Positions 8,083 through 17,066 of a stretch of DNA of 64,000 nucleotides are shown one piece after another. The position numbers were made by a program, and so were the translations under genes. This DNA comes from a virus (Duplodnaviria > Caudoviricetes). Numbering within the stretch: position 1 is the stretch's first letter; the number at the start of each line of letters is the position of its first letter. The notes below the pieces were generated by a model that saw nothing but the letters and a program-made list of their open reading frames with translations, was not told the DNA's origin and ran no database searches. Location: positions 1 to 64,000 of the IMG/VR virus record IMGVR_UViG_3300010376_002108; one strand, written 5' to 3'.

Positions 8083-9574
8083 GCCGGCCCACTGGCACCT
8101 GGGCCCGGTTCACCGCACCTACGGCGACCTGGTGGCGGGCCTGTCCGCTGACATGGGCCGGGTGCCTGATGACAATCAGCGGGTGCTTTTGAACGGCATT
8201 CACGCCCTCGATGAGCGGGACCGGTCGGTGGCGTTTGAGGTGGTGCTGATCGCGTGCCGGCAGAACATCAAGACATCGACGCTGGAGATGTCGGCGCTGG
8301 GCTGGCTGTTCCTGTTCAACGTGAACCTGATCGTGTGGACGGCGCACCGGTGGGATGCGGTGGATGAGACGGTGCTGCGGTTCGATGAGATGATCAGCGG
8401 CAGGCCGTGGCTGGCCCGGCAGGTCAGGCAGTTCAACCGGGCCCGGCGGCAGGTGGAAATCACGACCAGGCGCGGCGGGCGGATGATGTTCGCCACCCGC
8501 ACCGCCGGGTCGGGGCGGGCGCTGACCGGCGAGAAAGTCATCATTGACGAGGGGTGGAAGGCGAAGGTCGCGCACACCGGCGGCCTGATCCCGACCATGT
8601 CGGCGCGGTCGATGACCGGGGATCCGCAGATCTTGTACGGGTCGAGCGCGGCGCACCCGGACAGCGAGGTTCTGCATCCGCTGATCCGCCGGGGCCGCGC
8701 CGCCGCCGCCGGGGGGAAGGCGGCCGAGCTGGAGCGGCGGCTGATGTACGCCGAATGGTGCGCGCCGCCGCCGGCGGAGGCGTGCCAGCTCGGGGATGAC
8801 TGCGCGCACGCGCTGGACGTGCCGGGCTGCGGGTGCGACAACCCGGTGATGGTGGGCAAGGCGAATCCGGCGCACGGCCGGCGGATCAGCATGGAGTTCA
8901 TCCTGGGGTCCGAACGGCGGTCGATGGACCCGCACGAGTACGGCCGGGAGCGGATGGGCTGGCACGACCACCCGGCCAGCATGCCGGAAGTGATCGGCCT
9001 GGCCGACTGGGCGGAGGGCCTGGACCCGAAGTCCGAGCCCGCCGGGACGGTCGCCCTGGCCGTGGTGTACACGTCGGACAAGCGGCGGGCGTGCATCGGC
9101 CTGGCCGGCAGGCGGGCTGACGGCGGCTGGCACGTGGAAATCGCGGACTACCTGGACAACACCGGGCACGTGACCCAGCGTGTCAAGCAGATCATCTCCA
9201 AGGCCGCCAAGCGGGGGGTGGACGTGCTGGGCCCGGCGGTGGACGGCCGGGCGCACGAGCAGGCGTGCATCAAGCCGCTGACCGCCGCGCGGGTGGACGT
9301 GGTCACCATGAAGACCGGCGACGTCACCGAGGCTTATGGCGGGTTTTTCGAGGCGGTGACCCAGGCGCGGAACGTGCACCATCGCGGGCAGGAGGAACTG
9401 ACGGTGGCCATGGCTGCGGCCGGCGCCCGGCAGGTGGGTGACGCCGGGGAGGCGTGGGGCCGCAAGGGCTCCGGGCAGGAGATAGCGCCGGTGGTGGCGG
9501 TGACAAATGCGATGTGGCTGTTCGCGGAGCGGGAGCCGCAGACCGGCGTGGAACCGGGCGCGTGGGCGCTGTGA
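8045..9574 (+). CDS. terL: terminase large subunit (start 8045 or 8060)
   Basis: Walker A-like ACRQNIKT, VWTAH, TRTAGSGRALTG, Walker B VIIDEG, C-terminal nuclease-like region. Confidence 0.9.
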   Translation: MRSGAVNGLARVEPAHWHLGPVHRTYGDLVAGLSADMGRVPDDNQRVLLNGIHALDERDRSVAFEVVLIACRQNIKTSTLEMSALGWLFLFNVNLIVWTAHRWDAVDETVLRFDEMISGRPWLARQVRQFNRARRQVEITTRRGGRMMFATRTAGSGRALTGEKVIIDEGWKAKVAHTGGLIPTMSARSMTGDPQILYGSSAAHPDSEVLHPLIRRGRAAAAGGKAAELERRLMYAEWCAPPPAEACQLGDDCAHALDVPGCGCDNPVMVGKANPAHGRRISMEFILGSERRSMDPHEYGRERMGWHDHPASMPEVIGLADWAEGLDPKSEPAGTVALAVVYTSDKRRACIGLAGRRADGGWHVEIADYLDNTGHVTQRVKQIISKAAKRGVDVLGPAVDGRAHEQACIKPLTAARVDVVTMKTGDVTEAYGGFFEAVTQARNVHHRGQEELTVAMAAAGARQVGDAGEAWGRKGSGQEIAPVVAVTNAMWLFAEREPQTGVEPGAWAL

Positions 9575-9726
9575 GCCGCCGCTGGCGCCGCTGGCTGGCC
9601 GGGGCGGTGTACCTCGCGTGCATCGGGTGGACGGTGGCGCGGGGCACGGCGGCGGTGCTGGAAGTCATCGGCGTGGCGGCGGGCCTGATGCTGGCGATGT
9701 GGCTGGACCGGTGGTCGCAACGGTGA
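9571..9726 (+). CDS. small membrane protein, 51 aa
   Basis: GTGA coupling; two hydrophobic stretches. Confidence 0.55.
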   Translation: MSRRWRRWLAGAVYLACIGWTVARGTAAVLEVIGVAAGLMLAMWLDRWSQR

Positions 9727-10025
9727 CCATCCCGCCCGTCAGCGCGGCAGCCGGGGTGTGGGATGCCCGGCTGGCCAGGTGGACATGCCCGCTGCGCGAG
9801 CGGCGCGTTGACTGGGCCTACGCTCACCTGCCCGACGTGGACCGGGCGTGGCGGGCGGAGTTCTTCCTGATCGACACCCCGTTCGCGGTGCTGTACCGGT
9901 ACGCGGAAAACGCCGACGGGCGGCGGTGGATCGACCCTGACACCCGCGAGGCCGCCCAGGACGACCCGCTGGTGGTGCCCCTGGCCGAACTGCCGCCGCC
10001 TGAGCTGCTGAAAGTGGAGGGATGA
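9723..10025 (+). CDS. hypothetical protein, 100 aa
   Basis: GTGA coupling at both ends. Confidence 0.6.
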   Translation: MTIPPVSAAAGVWDARLARWTCPLRERRVDWAYAHLPDVDRAWRAEFFLIDTPFAVLYRYAENADGRRWIDPDTREAAQDDPLVVPLAELPPPELLKVEG

Positions 10026-10339
10026 TGCGACGACTGCCGGTAGCCGCCCGAGCCCAGCTCCACGCCTGGCGCGGCCACGCGCAACGGTGGCGCGCCCGGC
10101 TGGCCGCAGCACGGCGCAGGGGCCTGGTCACCTCCGCACTGCTGGTCACCGTGGGCATGACCGGGGCGCTGCTGGCCGGCTGGCAGATCGCCGGGTGGAT
10201 GCTCGGCCTGGTCGCCCTCGCGGAATCCGCCGGGCTGATCTGGGTCGGCCTGGCCCGCGAAGACGGCGAAGACCTGCCCGCCCGGGGGTCGCGGACCGTC
10301 GCCCAGGTGCTTGCGGACGAGAACATCAGGGAAGGGTAG
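10022..10339 (+). CDS. membrane protein preceding portal, 105 aa
   Basis: Two TM-like segments; typical position before the portal gene. Confidence 0.65.
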   Translation: MMRRLPVAARAQLHAWRGHAQRWRARLAAARRRGLVTSALLVTVGMTGALLAGWQIAGWMLGLVALAESAGLIWVGLAREDGEDLPARGSRTVAQVLADENIREG

Positions 10340-10346
10340 GTAGCTG

Positions 10347-11930
10347 GTGGCGCGGCTGTATGACCGGATGCTGCGCCGCGCCGCGCCCCTGGGCTACTCC
10401 GAACGGGACTACACCGGCGCCGAGTACGTCGGCGGGATGGGCGGGGCCCTGGCCGGCCGGGAATCGGCGGCGCAGGGGATCGTCCGCCGCGCCCGGCAGG
10501 CGCACGCCGACAACGGGATCGTGTTCGCCGTCGAGGCGGTCAAGACGGCGCTGTTCGCGGAGGCCCGGTTCACCTACCAGGCCCTCACCGACGGGCACGA
10601 GTTCGGGGACACAAGCCTGGCGCTGCTGGAGCACCCGTGGCCGAACGCCGACTCGGGGGAGCTGCTGACCCGGATGGCGCAGGACGCCACGTTCGGCAAC
10701 TCCTACATGCGCAAGGCCACCCCGGCGGACGGGTCGGGGGACGTGCTGGTGCAGATGCGCCAGGAGCAGGTCACGATCGTGTCGCAGGAGATGCGCGACG
10801 ACATGGGCCGCATCTGGCGGCAGCCGGTCGGCTACCTGGAGGAAACCGGGCCGGGGAAGGACGATCAGTTTTTCACCGTGGACGAGGTGGGGCATTTCTC
10901 CCCGGTGCCCGATCCGAAAGCCCGCTGGCGGGGCATGTCGTGGCTGACCCCGATCCTCACCGAAGTGCACTCGGATAAGGCGCTGACCCAGTACAAGCAA
11001 TTCCACTTGGACAACGGGGCGATGCCCGGCCTGGTGGTCAAGTATTCGATGAAGCTGTCGGATAAGACGATCGGCATCCTGCGGAAGCGGATCCGGGCCC
11101 GGTACGGCGGCCCGGAAAACGCGGGCAACGTGCTGGTGCTCGATGAGGGCGCGGACATGGCCGTCGCCGGATCGTCGCTGCAAGACCTGCAATTCGACGC
11201 GGTGTCCAAAGCCGGGGAGCGGCGGGTGTGCGCCGCAGCCGGGCCGGGACTGCTGGTGATCTGCGGGTTTGAGCAGGGCGACCCGATGGCGGCGGTGCGG
11301 CAGCTCGCGGACTTCTGGGCCCGCCCGCGCTGGCGGATGGCGTGCGCCGCGCTGGAGCACCTGGTCGGCGGCCCGGCGGCCAGCCCGCAGGTGCCGGTCC
11401 GGCTGTGGTACGACGTGGCGGGGATCGCCGCGCTGCGCGAGGGCGAGCTGACCCGGGCGCAGGCGTACCTGGTGTCGATGCAGGCGGTGGCGTCGTCGGT
11501 GCAGGGCGGTTTCACCCGCGACTCGGCGGTGGCGGCGGCGGCCGGGTATGACATCTCGCTGCTCAAGCCGGACCCGAACGCCCCGCCGCCCGGGGTGTCG
11601 GGCCGGGCGACCGAGCGGGTCGGCCAGGGCGGTTTCGACGCGCAGGGCAACCCGCTGCCCGCCGGCCCGGCCGCGCCCACCGGCCCGTCGGCGGCGCCGG
11701 GGGCGGTCACCCAGCCGCCCACCGGAGGCCCGAGAGGCGGTTCCACCAGCGGCGGCCGGCGTGCCCCGCAGGCCGGCCGGCCGCAGCAGCTACCCGGGTC
11801 GGTCAAGCCGAACCTGCCCGCCGCGCTGCCCGCGTCGTTCGCGCCGATGCCCGCGCTGCCCGGCGGCGCACGCGGCGGCAACGGCCGGGCCCGCCGTTCC
11901 GAAGACGTCGAAGACGACACGGGCGAGTAG
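10347..11930 (+). CDS. portal protein (HK97 family)
   Basis: FGNSY, DPKARWRGMSWL, DNGAMPGLVV...YGGPENAGNVLVLDEG; Pro/Gly-rich tail; follows TerL. Confidence 0.9.
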   Translation: MARLYDRMLRRAAPLGYSERDYTGAEYVGGMGGALAGRESAAQGIVRRARQAHADNGIVFAVEAVKTALFAEARFTYQALTDGHEFGDTSLALLEHPWPNADSGELLTRMAQDATFGNSYMRKATPADGSGDVLVQMRQEQVTIVSQEMRDDMGRIWRQPVGYLEETGPGKDDQFFTVDEVGHFSPVPDPKARWRGMSWLTPILTEVHSDKALTQYKQFHLDNGAMPGLVVKYSMKLSDKTIGILRKRIRARYGGPENAGNVLVLDEGADMAVAGSSLQDLQFDAVSKAGERRVCAAAGPGLLVICGFEQGDPMAAVRQLADFWARPRWRMACAALEHLVGGPAASPQVPVRLWYDVAGIAALREGELTRAQAYLVSMQAVASSVQGGFTRDSAVAAAAGYDISLLKPDPNAPPPGVSGRATERVGQGGFDAQGNPLPAGPAAPTGPSAAPGAVTQPPTGGPRGGSTSGGRRAPQAGRPQQLPGSVKPNLPAALPASFAPMPALPGGARGGNGRARRSEDVEDDTGE

Positions 11931-14900
11931 GTGGCGGCCTGGGAGTCCCGGGCGTTCAACCCGCGTGAGCTGCGGGTGCTGCACGGGCTCGGCGGCGGCC
12001 GGTGGACCCGGGGCGGCGAGGCCGAGTCTGCGGGCGAGCTGGCCGCTGACGTGTTCCCCGGCCTGGTGGCCCTGTTCGTTCGCGAGCATCCCGCATCCCC
12101 CCAGGTGACCAGGTTCGCCGCGCAGGCGGCGGCGGCGGCACCCCGGCTGGTCGGCGGCGGCGCCGAATCGTTCACCGGCCGGGTCGCCGTCGGCAAGAGG
12201 GTCGGCGGCAGCAAGCACAACCTGGCCACCCTCGACTGGCACAGCGACCTGCACCTGCGCGACGACGTCGCGGCCCGGATGAGCCACGACGACCCGGCGG
12301 CGGCCGAGGTGATGCTGCACGAGATGATCCACGGCGTAGGCGTCCAGGCCGCCGACGCGGACGCCTACCAGGACAAGCAGGCCGCCGACGTCGAGGAAGG
12401 GTTCACCGAGCTGGGCGCGACCCTGCACGCGGGCGAGTTTTTCCGCCAGGCCGGGATCGACGGCCCCGCGACGCCGAAGGCGTGGGGGCATTATCCGGCG
12501 CAGACCAGCGCCGCCCTGGCGTGGGCGCGGCAGGTCGCGGCGCAGCGCGGCGTCACGGTGCAGCAGGTGGCTGATGAGATGAACCGGATGGGAGCGGCGG
12601 GCAAGGCTGACGCGGTGGCCCGGTCCGGGGTGCCATGGCCGGGCGAGGCGCGCCGGTCGGGCCAGCCGGATACCCCGGAGGCGATTCTGGCGTGGGCGTG
12701 GGCCGATCCGCGCCGCCGGGCCGCGCAGGCTTTTGCCCGGCTGGACGCGCTGCCCGCCGCCCCGGCCGTGTCGGACGCTGCCGCGATGCTGACCCGGCTG
12801 GCCGCCGCCCTCCCCGCCCGGGAGGGGGTGTCGCGGAAGTTCAACCCGTCCGAGCCCCGCGACCCGCACGGCCGGTGGACCGCCGAACTGGGTCGACTGT
12901 CCGCCGAGCTGCACCAGCACGAGATGCAAGACGACCTGGCCGGCATCCTCACCGGCGGCCACAAGGTGATCCACGGCAAGGTGGCCGCGCACCTGGCCAA
13001 AGCCCAGGACGCGCTGGACAACCGGCAGCCGCACCGGGCCCGCCACCACCTGGACGTGGCCGCCCGTCTGCTCGCCGGCCATCAGACCCGCACCCGCGCG
13101 GGGCATTACGGGCCGGCGCCCCGGCTGGGCGTCGCGGCGCTGCTGTCCCGCGCTGCGGTATCCGGGCATCACGTCCCGGGGACGCCCTACCATTACCGGC
13201 ACGGCTGGATCCCGGTCGCCCCCTATTTCAAGACCCCGGGTGACCTGTCCCCCGGCGACGTGGTCGAATTCCGGGGGCACAAGCACATGGTCACCGCGAC
13301 CCCCTCCCAGATTGCCAAGTCGCCGTGGCTGGGCGGGTGGACGACCAGCGCGGGCCGGCCGAACCGGGAAACCGGGGTGTTCCTCAAGCCGCTGGGCGCC
13401 GGGTCGCGGTTCATGCCGTCGTCGCAGGTGGCCACGTACAGCAACGTGACCGGCGAGCCCGCGCCGGGCCGGCCGCTCGGCGCGGCGCTTGCCTCGCAGG
13501 CCGCCCGGGAACGTGAAGCGGGAAACCTGCCCGGCGTGTCCACGGCGCTGGGGAACATGGCCGCCCGGCCGCTGCGCCCGCGTCCGGGCTCCGGGTGGAA
13601 AACCGGCGACCTGGTAAACGTCCGGGGCGAGAAGGGCACGCACCGGGTGCGCCACGTTCGGGGCGGCCTGGTGACGCTGGACGACGGGTCGGTGCACGTG
13701 CCGCGCTACCTGGACCCAGCCGGGACGCCGTCCGGGCCGCAGTTCCGCGCCGCAGCCGGGAAACGAGCCGACGCGGTCGGCTGGGGCGTGACCGGCGGGG
13801 TGCCGATGACCGGGGACGAGATCCTGTCCGCGCAGCCGCCCCGGCCGGGCGAGTCCCCGTCGGTGTACGAGTCGCGGCTGATGGGGATGCGCCAGTCGGC
13901 ATTCCGCAAGCCGGCCGGGCAACGTCCGTCGCCGCTGGCGTCGTGGCGGCCCGACCCGGGCGGCTGGGCGCAGGACCAGCTCGGCAACCTGAAACACGTT
14001 ATCGCGGTCAAGGGCAACAAGATCAAGGTGGAGCCGCCGGCGCGGAACGGTGCCGCGTGGATGCGCGCGGAGGATCTGCGCCCCTACGTACCGGTGGCCG
14101 AAGAACACGCCAAGCTCACCCAGCTTGGGCAGGCCCGGGACTTGTCCGGGCCGGACATGCTCGACCAGTGGTACGCGCACAACGTGCACGCGCCCATCAC
14201 GTCGCTGCGCCCGGCGGGCAACCCGGCCAAGGTGACCGTCGTCGGGCACGCCCTGTCCCCCGACCAGGTCGCGTTGCAGGCCCACCTGGACACCGGGATC
14301 CGGTCCGCGTCGTGGCTGGGCGGCGGCGCCCAGGCCGACACCCAACTGCTGGAGCTGGGCGACGGCACCGAGGCGGTCAAGAAAGATTTCAACCAGGGCT
14401 GGGGCGACGACATGGGGTCCGCCGAGTACCTGGCCGGCCAGGTGGGCGCGGCGGTGCAGGCCGGCGGCCCGGCGGTAGTGCACGACCCGGACAACCCGCA
14501 GGGCGTCCTCATGCAGTTCATGGACGGCGAACTGGCCGAGGACGCGTCACAAACCGAACTGTCCCGGGCGCAGAACAGCCCGCGCGGCTACCGGGTGGGC
14601 CTGCTGGACTACCTGACCCAGAACGACGACCGGCATCCGATGAACTACCTGATCAGCCCGTCCGGCGATCCGGTGCCGATCGACAATAGTTCCACGTTCG
14701 GCTACGAGGGCGGCGGGTGGGATTCGCCGTTCTGGTCGGCCTACCAGGACCAGATGCGCGCGGGCAAGTACCCGCTGTCGCTGGCCGACCTGAAAGCGGT
14801 GGGCAAGCGGATGACCGCGATCAAGGACGAGTTCCACGACGCCGGGCACGACGACTGGTACAAGGAGGCGATGGCGCGGCTGCGCCGCGTCGAGCAGGCC

Positions 14901-14939
14901 ACCCAGAACAAGACCGGCCGCACCTGGGGCAGCCTGTGA
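11931..14939 (+). CDS. multidomain head-region protein: FNP peptides, HExxH metallopeptidase-like domain, small beta-barrel modules, C-terminal HipA/PI3-PI4K-like kinase (kinase 1)
   Basis: MLHEMIHG...VEEGFTE; LGGGAQ...AVKK...AEYLA...GLLDYLTQNDDRHPMNYL...VPIDNS. Confidence 0.85.
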   Translation: MAAWESRAFNPRELRVLHGLGGGRWTRGGEAESAGELAADVFPGLVALFVREHPASPQVTRFAAQAAAAAPRLVGGGAESFTGRVAVGKRVGGSKHNLATLDWHSDLHLRDDVAARMSHDDPAAAEVMLHEMIHGVGVQAADADAYQDKQAADVEEGFTELGATLHAGEFFRQAGIDGPATPKAWGHYPAQTSAALAWARQVAAQRGVTVQQVADEMNRMGAAGKADAVARSGVPWPGEARRSGQPDTPEAILAWAWADPRRRAAQAFARLDALPAAPAVSDAAAMLTRLAAALPAREGVSRKFNPSEPRDPHGRWTAELGRLSAELHQHEMQDDLAGILTGGHKVIHGKVAAHLAKAQDALDNRQPHRARHHLDVAARLLAGHQTRTRAGHYGPAPRLGVAALLSRAAVSGHHVPGTPYHYRHGWIPVAPYFKTPGDLSPGDVVEFRGHKHMVTATPSQIAKSPWLGGWTTSAGRPNRETGVFLKPLGAGSRFMPSSQVATYSNVTGEPAPGRPLGAALASQAAREREAGNLPGVSTALGNMAARPLRPRPGSGWKTGDLVNVRGEKGTHRVRHVRGGLVTLDDGSVHVPRYLDPAGTPSGPQFRAAAGKRADAVGWGVTGGVPMTGDEILSAQPPRPGESPSVYESRLMGMRQSAFRKPAGQRPSPLASWRPDPGGWAQDQLGNLKHVIAVKGNKIKVEPPARNGAAWMRAEDLRPYVPVAEEHAKLTQLGQARDLSGPDMLDQWYAHNVHAPITSLRPAGNPAKVTVVGHALSPDQVALQAHLDTGIRSASWLGGGAQADTQLLELGDGTEAVKKDFNQGWGDDMGSAEYLAGQVGAAVQAGGPAVVHDPDNPQGVLMQFMDGELAEDASQTELSRAQNSPRGYRVGLLDYLTQNDDRHPMNYLISPSGDPVPIDNSSTFGYEGGGWDSPFWSAYQDQMRAGKYPLSLADLKAVGKRMTAIKDEFHDAGHDDWYKEAMARLRRVEQATQNKTGRTWGSL

Positions 14940-17065
14940 GCCTGACCCTGCGCGCCTACTCGGTGGCCACCGGCAAGCCGGCCGGGGACAACACGGTCAC
15001 CGTGGCCGACGACGGCACGATCACCTCCACCGGGACGGTGCTGGCCCGCGAGCTGGACGCGGTGATGACCAAGCTGCGGCTGCCCGCGCTGAAAGCGGCG
15101 CAGAAGATGGACGGCCAGTCCAACGGGTACGTGATCTTCGCGTCGGCGCCGCCGCGCCCGCCGCCGTGGGCGAAAAACGGCCAGGCGTCCCAGGCAGTGC
15201 TGTCCCGCGCCGCCGAACACGGCCACCACATCCCCGGCACCCCGTACCATTACCGGCACGGCTGGATCCCGGTGGCGCCGTACTTCAAGACCCCCGGCGA
15301 CCTGGCCCCGGGGGACATCGTGGAATTCCGGGGCCGCAAGCACATGGTGATCGCCACCCCCTCGCAGATCGCCGCCGGGGCGCAGGGCATGGGCGTGCAG
15401 GGCGCCACCCGCCCCGGGCGGCCGGACCGCCGGTCGGGGGTATTCCTGCGCCCGGTGCCGGGGATCTCGTCGCTGGTCGCGCCGTCGCAGGTCAAGTCGT
15501 ACACGAAAGTCGCCGGGACGCCCGCCCCCGGGCATGTCGCGGCCCGCGCCCCGGGGGACGTGCGGCAGGGCGACGTCGTGCACCTGGCCCCGCACCACGA
15601 CCTGCGAAGCATCTGGGGCCCCGGCTGGGGGAAGGGCGCAAAACTCGACGTGATGGAAGCCACCCCGGGGGACAACCTGGTGAAAGTCCGCCCCGCCGGG
15701 CGGCCGGGCGCGCAGGGGTACTGGCTGTCCAAAGGCACCGACATCACCCCGGCCCGGACCGGGACCAAGCCGCCGCCGGTGATCAACCACCTGGACGGGG
15801 CGCAGCAGGTCGCCAACGCGGTCAACGCGCAGATGCCCCCCGGCGAATCCGGCCACGCCAACGGCCTGGAAATCCTGGCCCTGTTCCCCCCGCACGAAGG
15901 CGAGTCGCCCCGCGCGTACCGCAACCGGCTCGCCGGGCTGGCCCCGTGGCAGGTGGACGTGCAACGGCAGGGCGCGAAAGTCGCCGCCCAGCAGGCCGAC
16001 CAGGAAGTCAAGGCGGGCATCCGCCCCGGCGCCCAGACCAAGGCGGCGGCGGCCGGCGCCCCGAGCGGGACGCTGGCCGAAGGGCAGTGGGTGCAAACCC
16101 CGTTCGGATCCGAGCACCAGGTGATCGAAGTGTTCCACAACGCGGTCCGGCTGGACGACCAGACGGTGTGGAACCGGCACGACCTGCACCCGACCGCCAC
16201 CCCGGCGGGTAAGCGCGGCCAGTCCGGGGCAGTTGAGAACCGGCTGCCGTTGCCTGAGTCCACCCCGTTCGCCGCCTACAACCACGGCCCGGCGGTGGCC
16301 GCCAGCCCGGCCGAGCTGCGCCCCGCAGGCAATCCGGGGAAGGTCACGGTCGTGGGCCACGCCGTGTCGCCGGGGCAGGCCGAGGTGCAGGGCCACCTGG
16401 ACTCGGGCATTGACTACACCGAGCACCTCGGCGCGGGCGCGCAGGGCACCGTGGACCTGGTGCACACCAAAGACGGCGGCACGATCGTCCGCAAGAAGCT
16501 CAAGCAGGGCGGGTGGGACGCCGAGACGATGGCCGACTCGGAATACTATGCCGCGCAGGTCGCGGAGGCGATCACCGGCACCGGCGCCAGCCCGGTGATC
16601 CGGGCCAAGCGGGGCAAGCTGACCATCTACGAGAAACTGGCCCCCGGCGACATAGCCGTCAACCACTACTCGGCTGAGGACGCCGCGTATGACACGCCCC
16701 GGGGGCTGCGGATCGGCCTGCTCGACTACCTGATCGACAACGGCGACCGGCACGACTACAACTGGATGCTCGACGGATCGCAGCCGGTGCCGATCGACAA
16801 CAGCTCCGGCTTCGGCGTGATAAACGCCTGGGGGTGGAACGGTTCGCCGTTCAGCGAGGCGTACCAGCGGGAATTCGAGGACGGCCGGCCGCCGATGACC
16901 GTCGCGGACCTGGAGGCAGCGCGGGCCCGGCTGGAAGCCGAACGGGCCGACTGGGTGGCCGGCGGCCGGGAAGACTGGCTGGACACGGTCGAATCCCGGC
17001 TGGACGGCGTCATAGACAGCACCAGGGCCGGCGGTCGCTCGCTGGCCGACGCGGGAGCGTTCTGA
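14936..17065 (+). CDS. head-region protein, 709 aa: N-terminal domain X, beta-barrel modules, C-terminal HipA/PI3-PI4K-like kinase (kinase 2)
   Basis: GTGA coupling at 14936; LGAGAQG...VRKK...SEYYA...GLLDYLIDNGDRHDYNWM...VPIDNS. Confidence 0.85.
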   Translation: MSLTLRAYSVATGKPAGDNTVTVADDGTITSTGTVLARELDAVMTKLRLPALKAAQKMDGQSNGYVIFASAPPRPPPWAKNGQASQAVLSRAAEHGHHIPGTPYHYRHGWIPVAPYFKTPGDLAPGDIVEFRGRKHMVIATPSQIAAGAQGMGVQGATRPGRPDRRSGVFLRPVPGISSLVAPSQVKSYTKVAGTPAPGHVAARAPGDVRQGDVVHLAPHHDLRSIWGPGWGKGAKLDVMEATPGDNLVKVRPAGRPGAQGYWLSKGTDITPARTGTKPPPVINHLDGAQQVANAVNAQMPPGESGHANGLEILALFPPHEGESPRAYRNRLAGLAPWQVDVQRQGAKVAAQQADQEVKAGIRPGAQTKAAAAGAPSGTLAEGQWVQTPFGSEHQVIEVFHNAVRLDDQTVWNRHDLHPTATPAGKRGQSGAVENRLPLPESTPFAAYNHGPAVAASPAELRPAGNPGKVTVVGHAVSPGQAEVQGHLDSGIDYTEHLGAGAQGTVDLVHTKDGGTIVRKKLKQGGWDAETMADSEYYAAQVAEAITGTGASPVIRAKRGKLTIYEKLAPGDIAVNHYSAEDAAYDTPRGLRIGLLDYLIDNGDRHDYNWMLDGSQPVPIDNSSGFGVINAWGWNGSPFSEAYQREFEDGRPPMTVADLEAARARLEAERADWVAGGREDWLDTVESRLDGVIDSTRAGGRSLADAGAF

Positions 17066-17066
17066 C

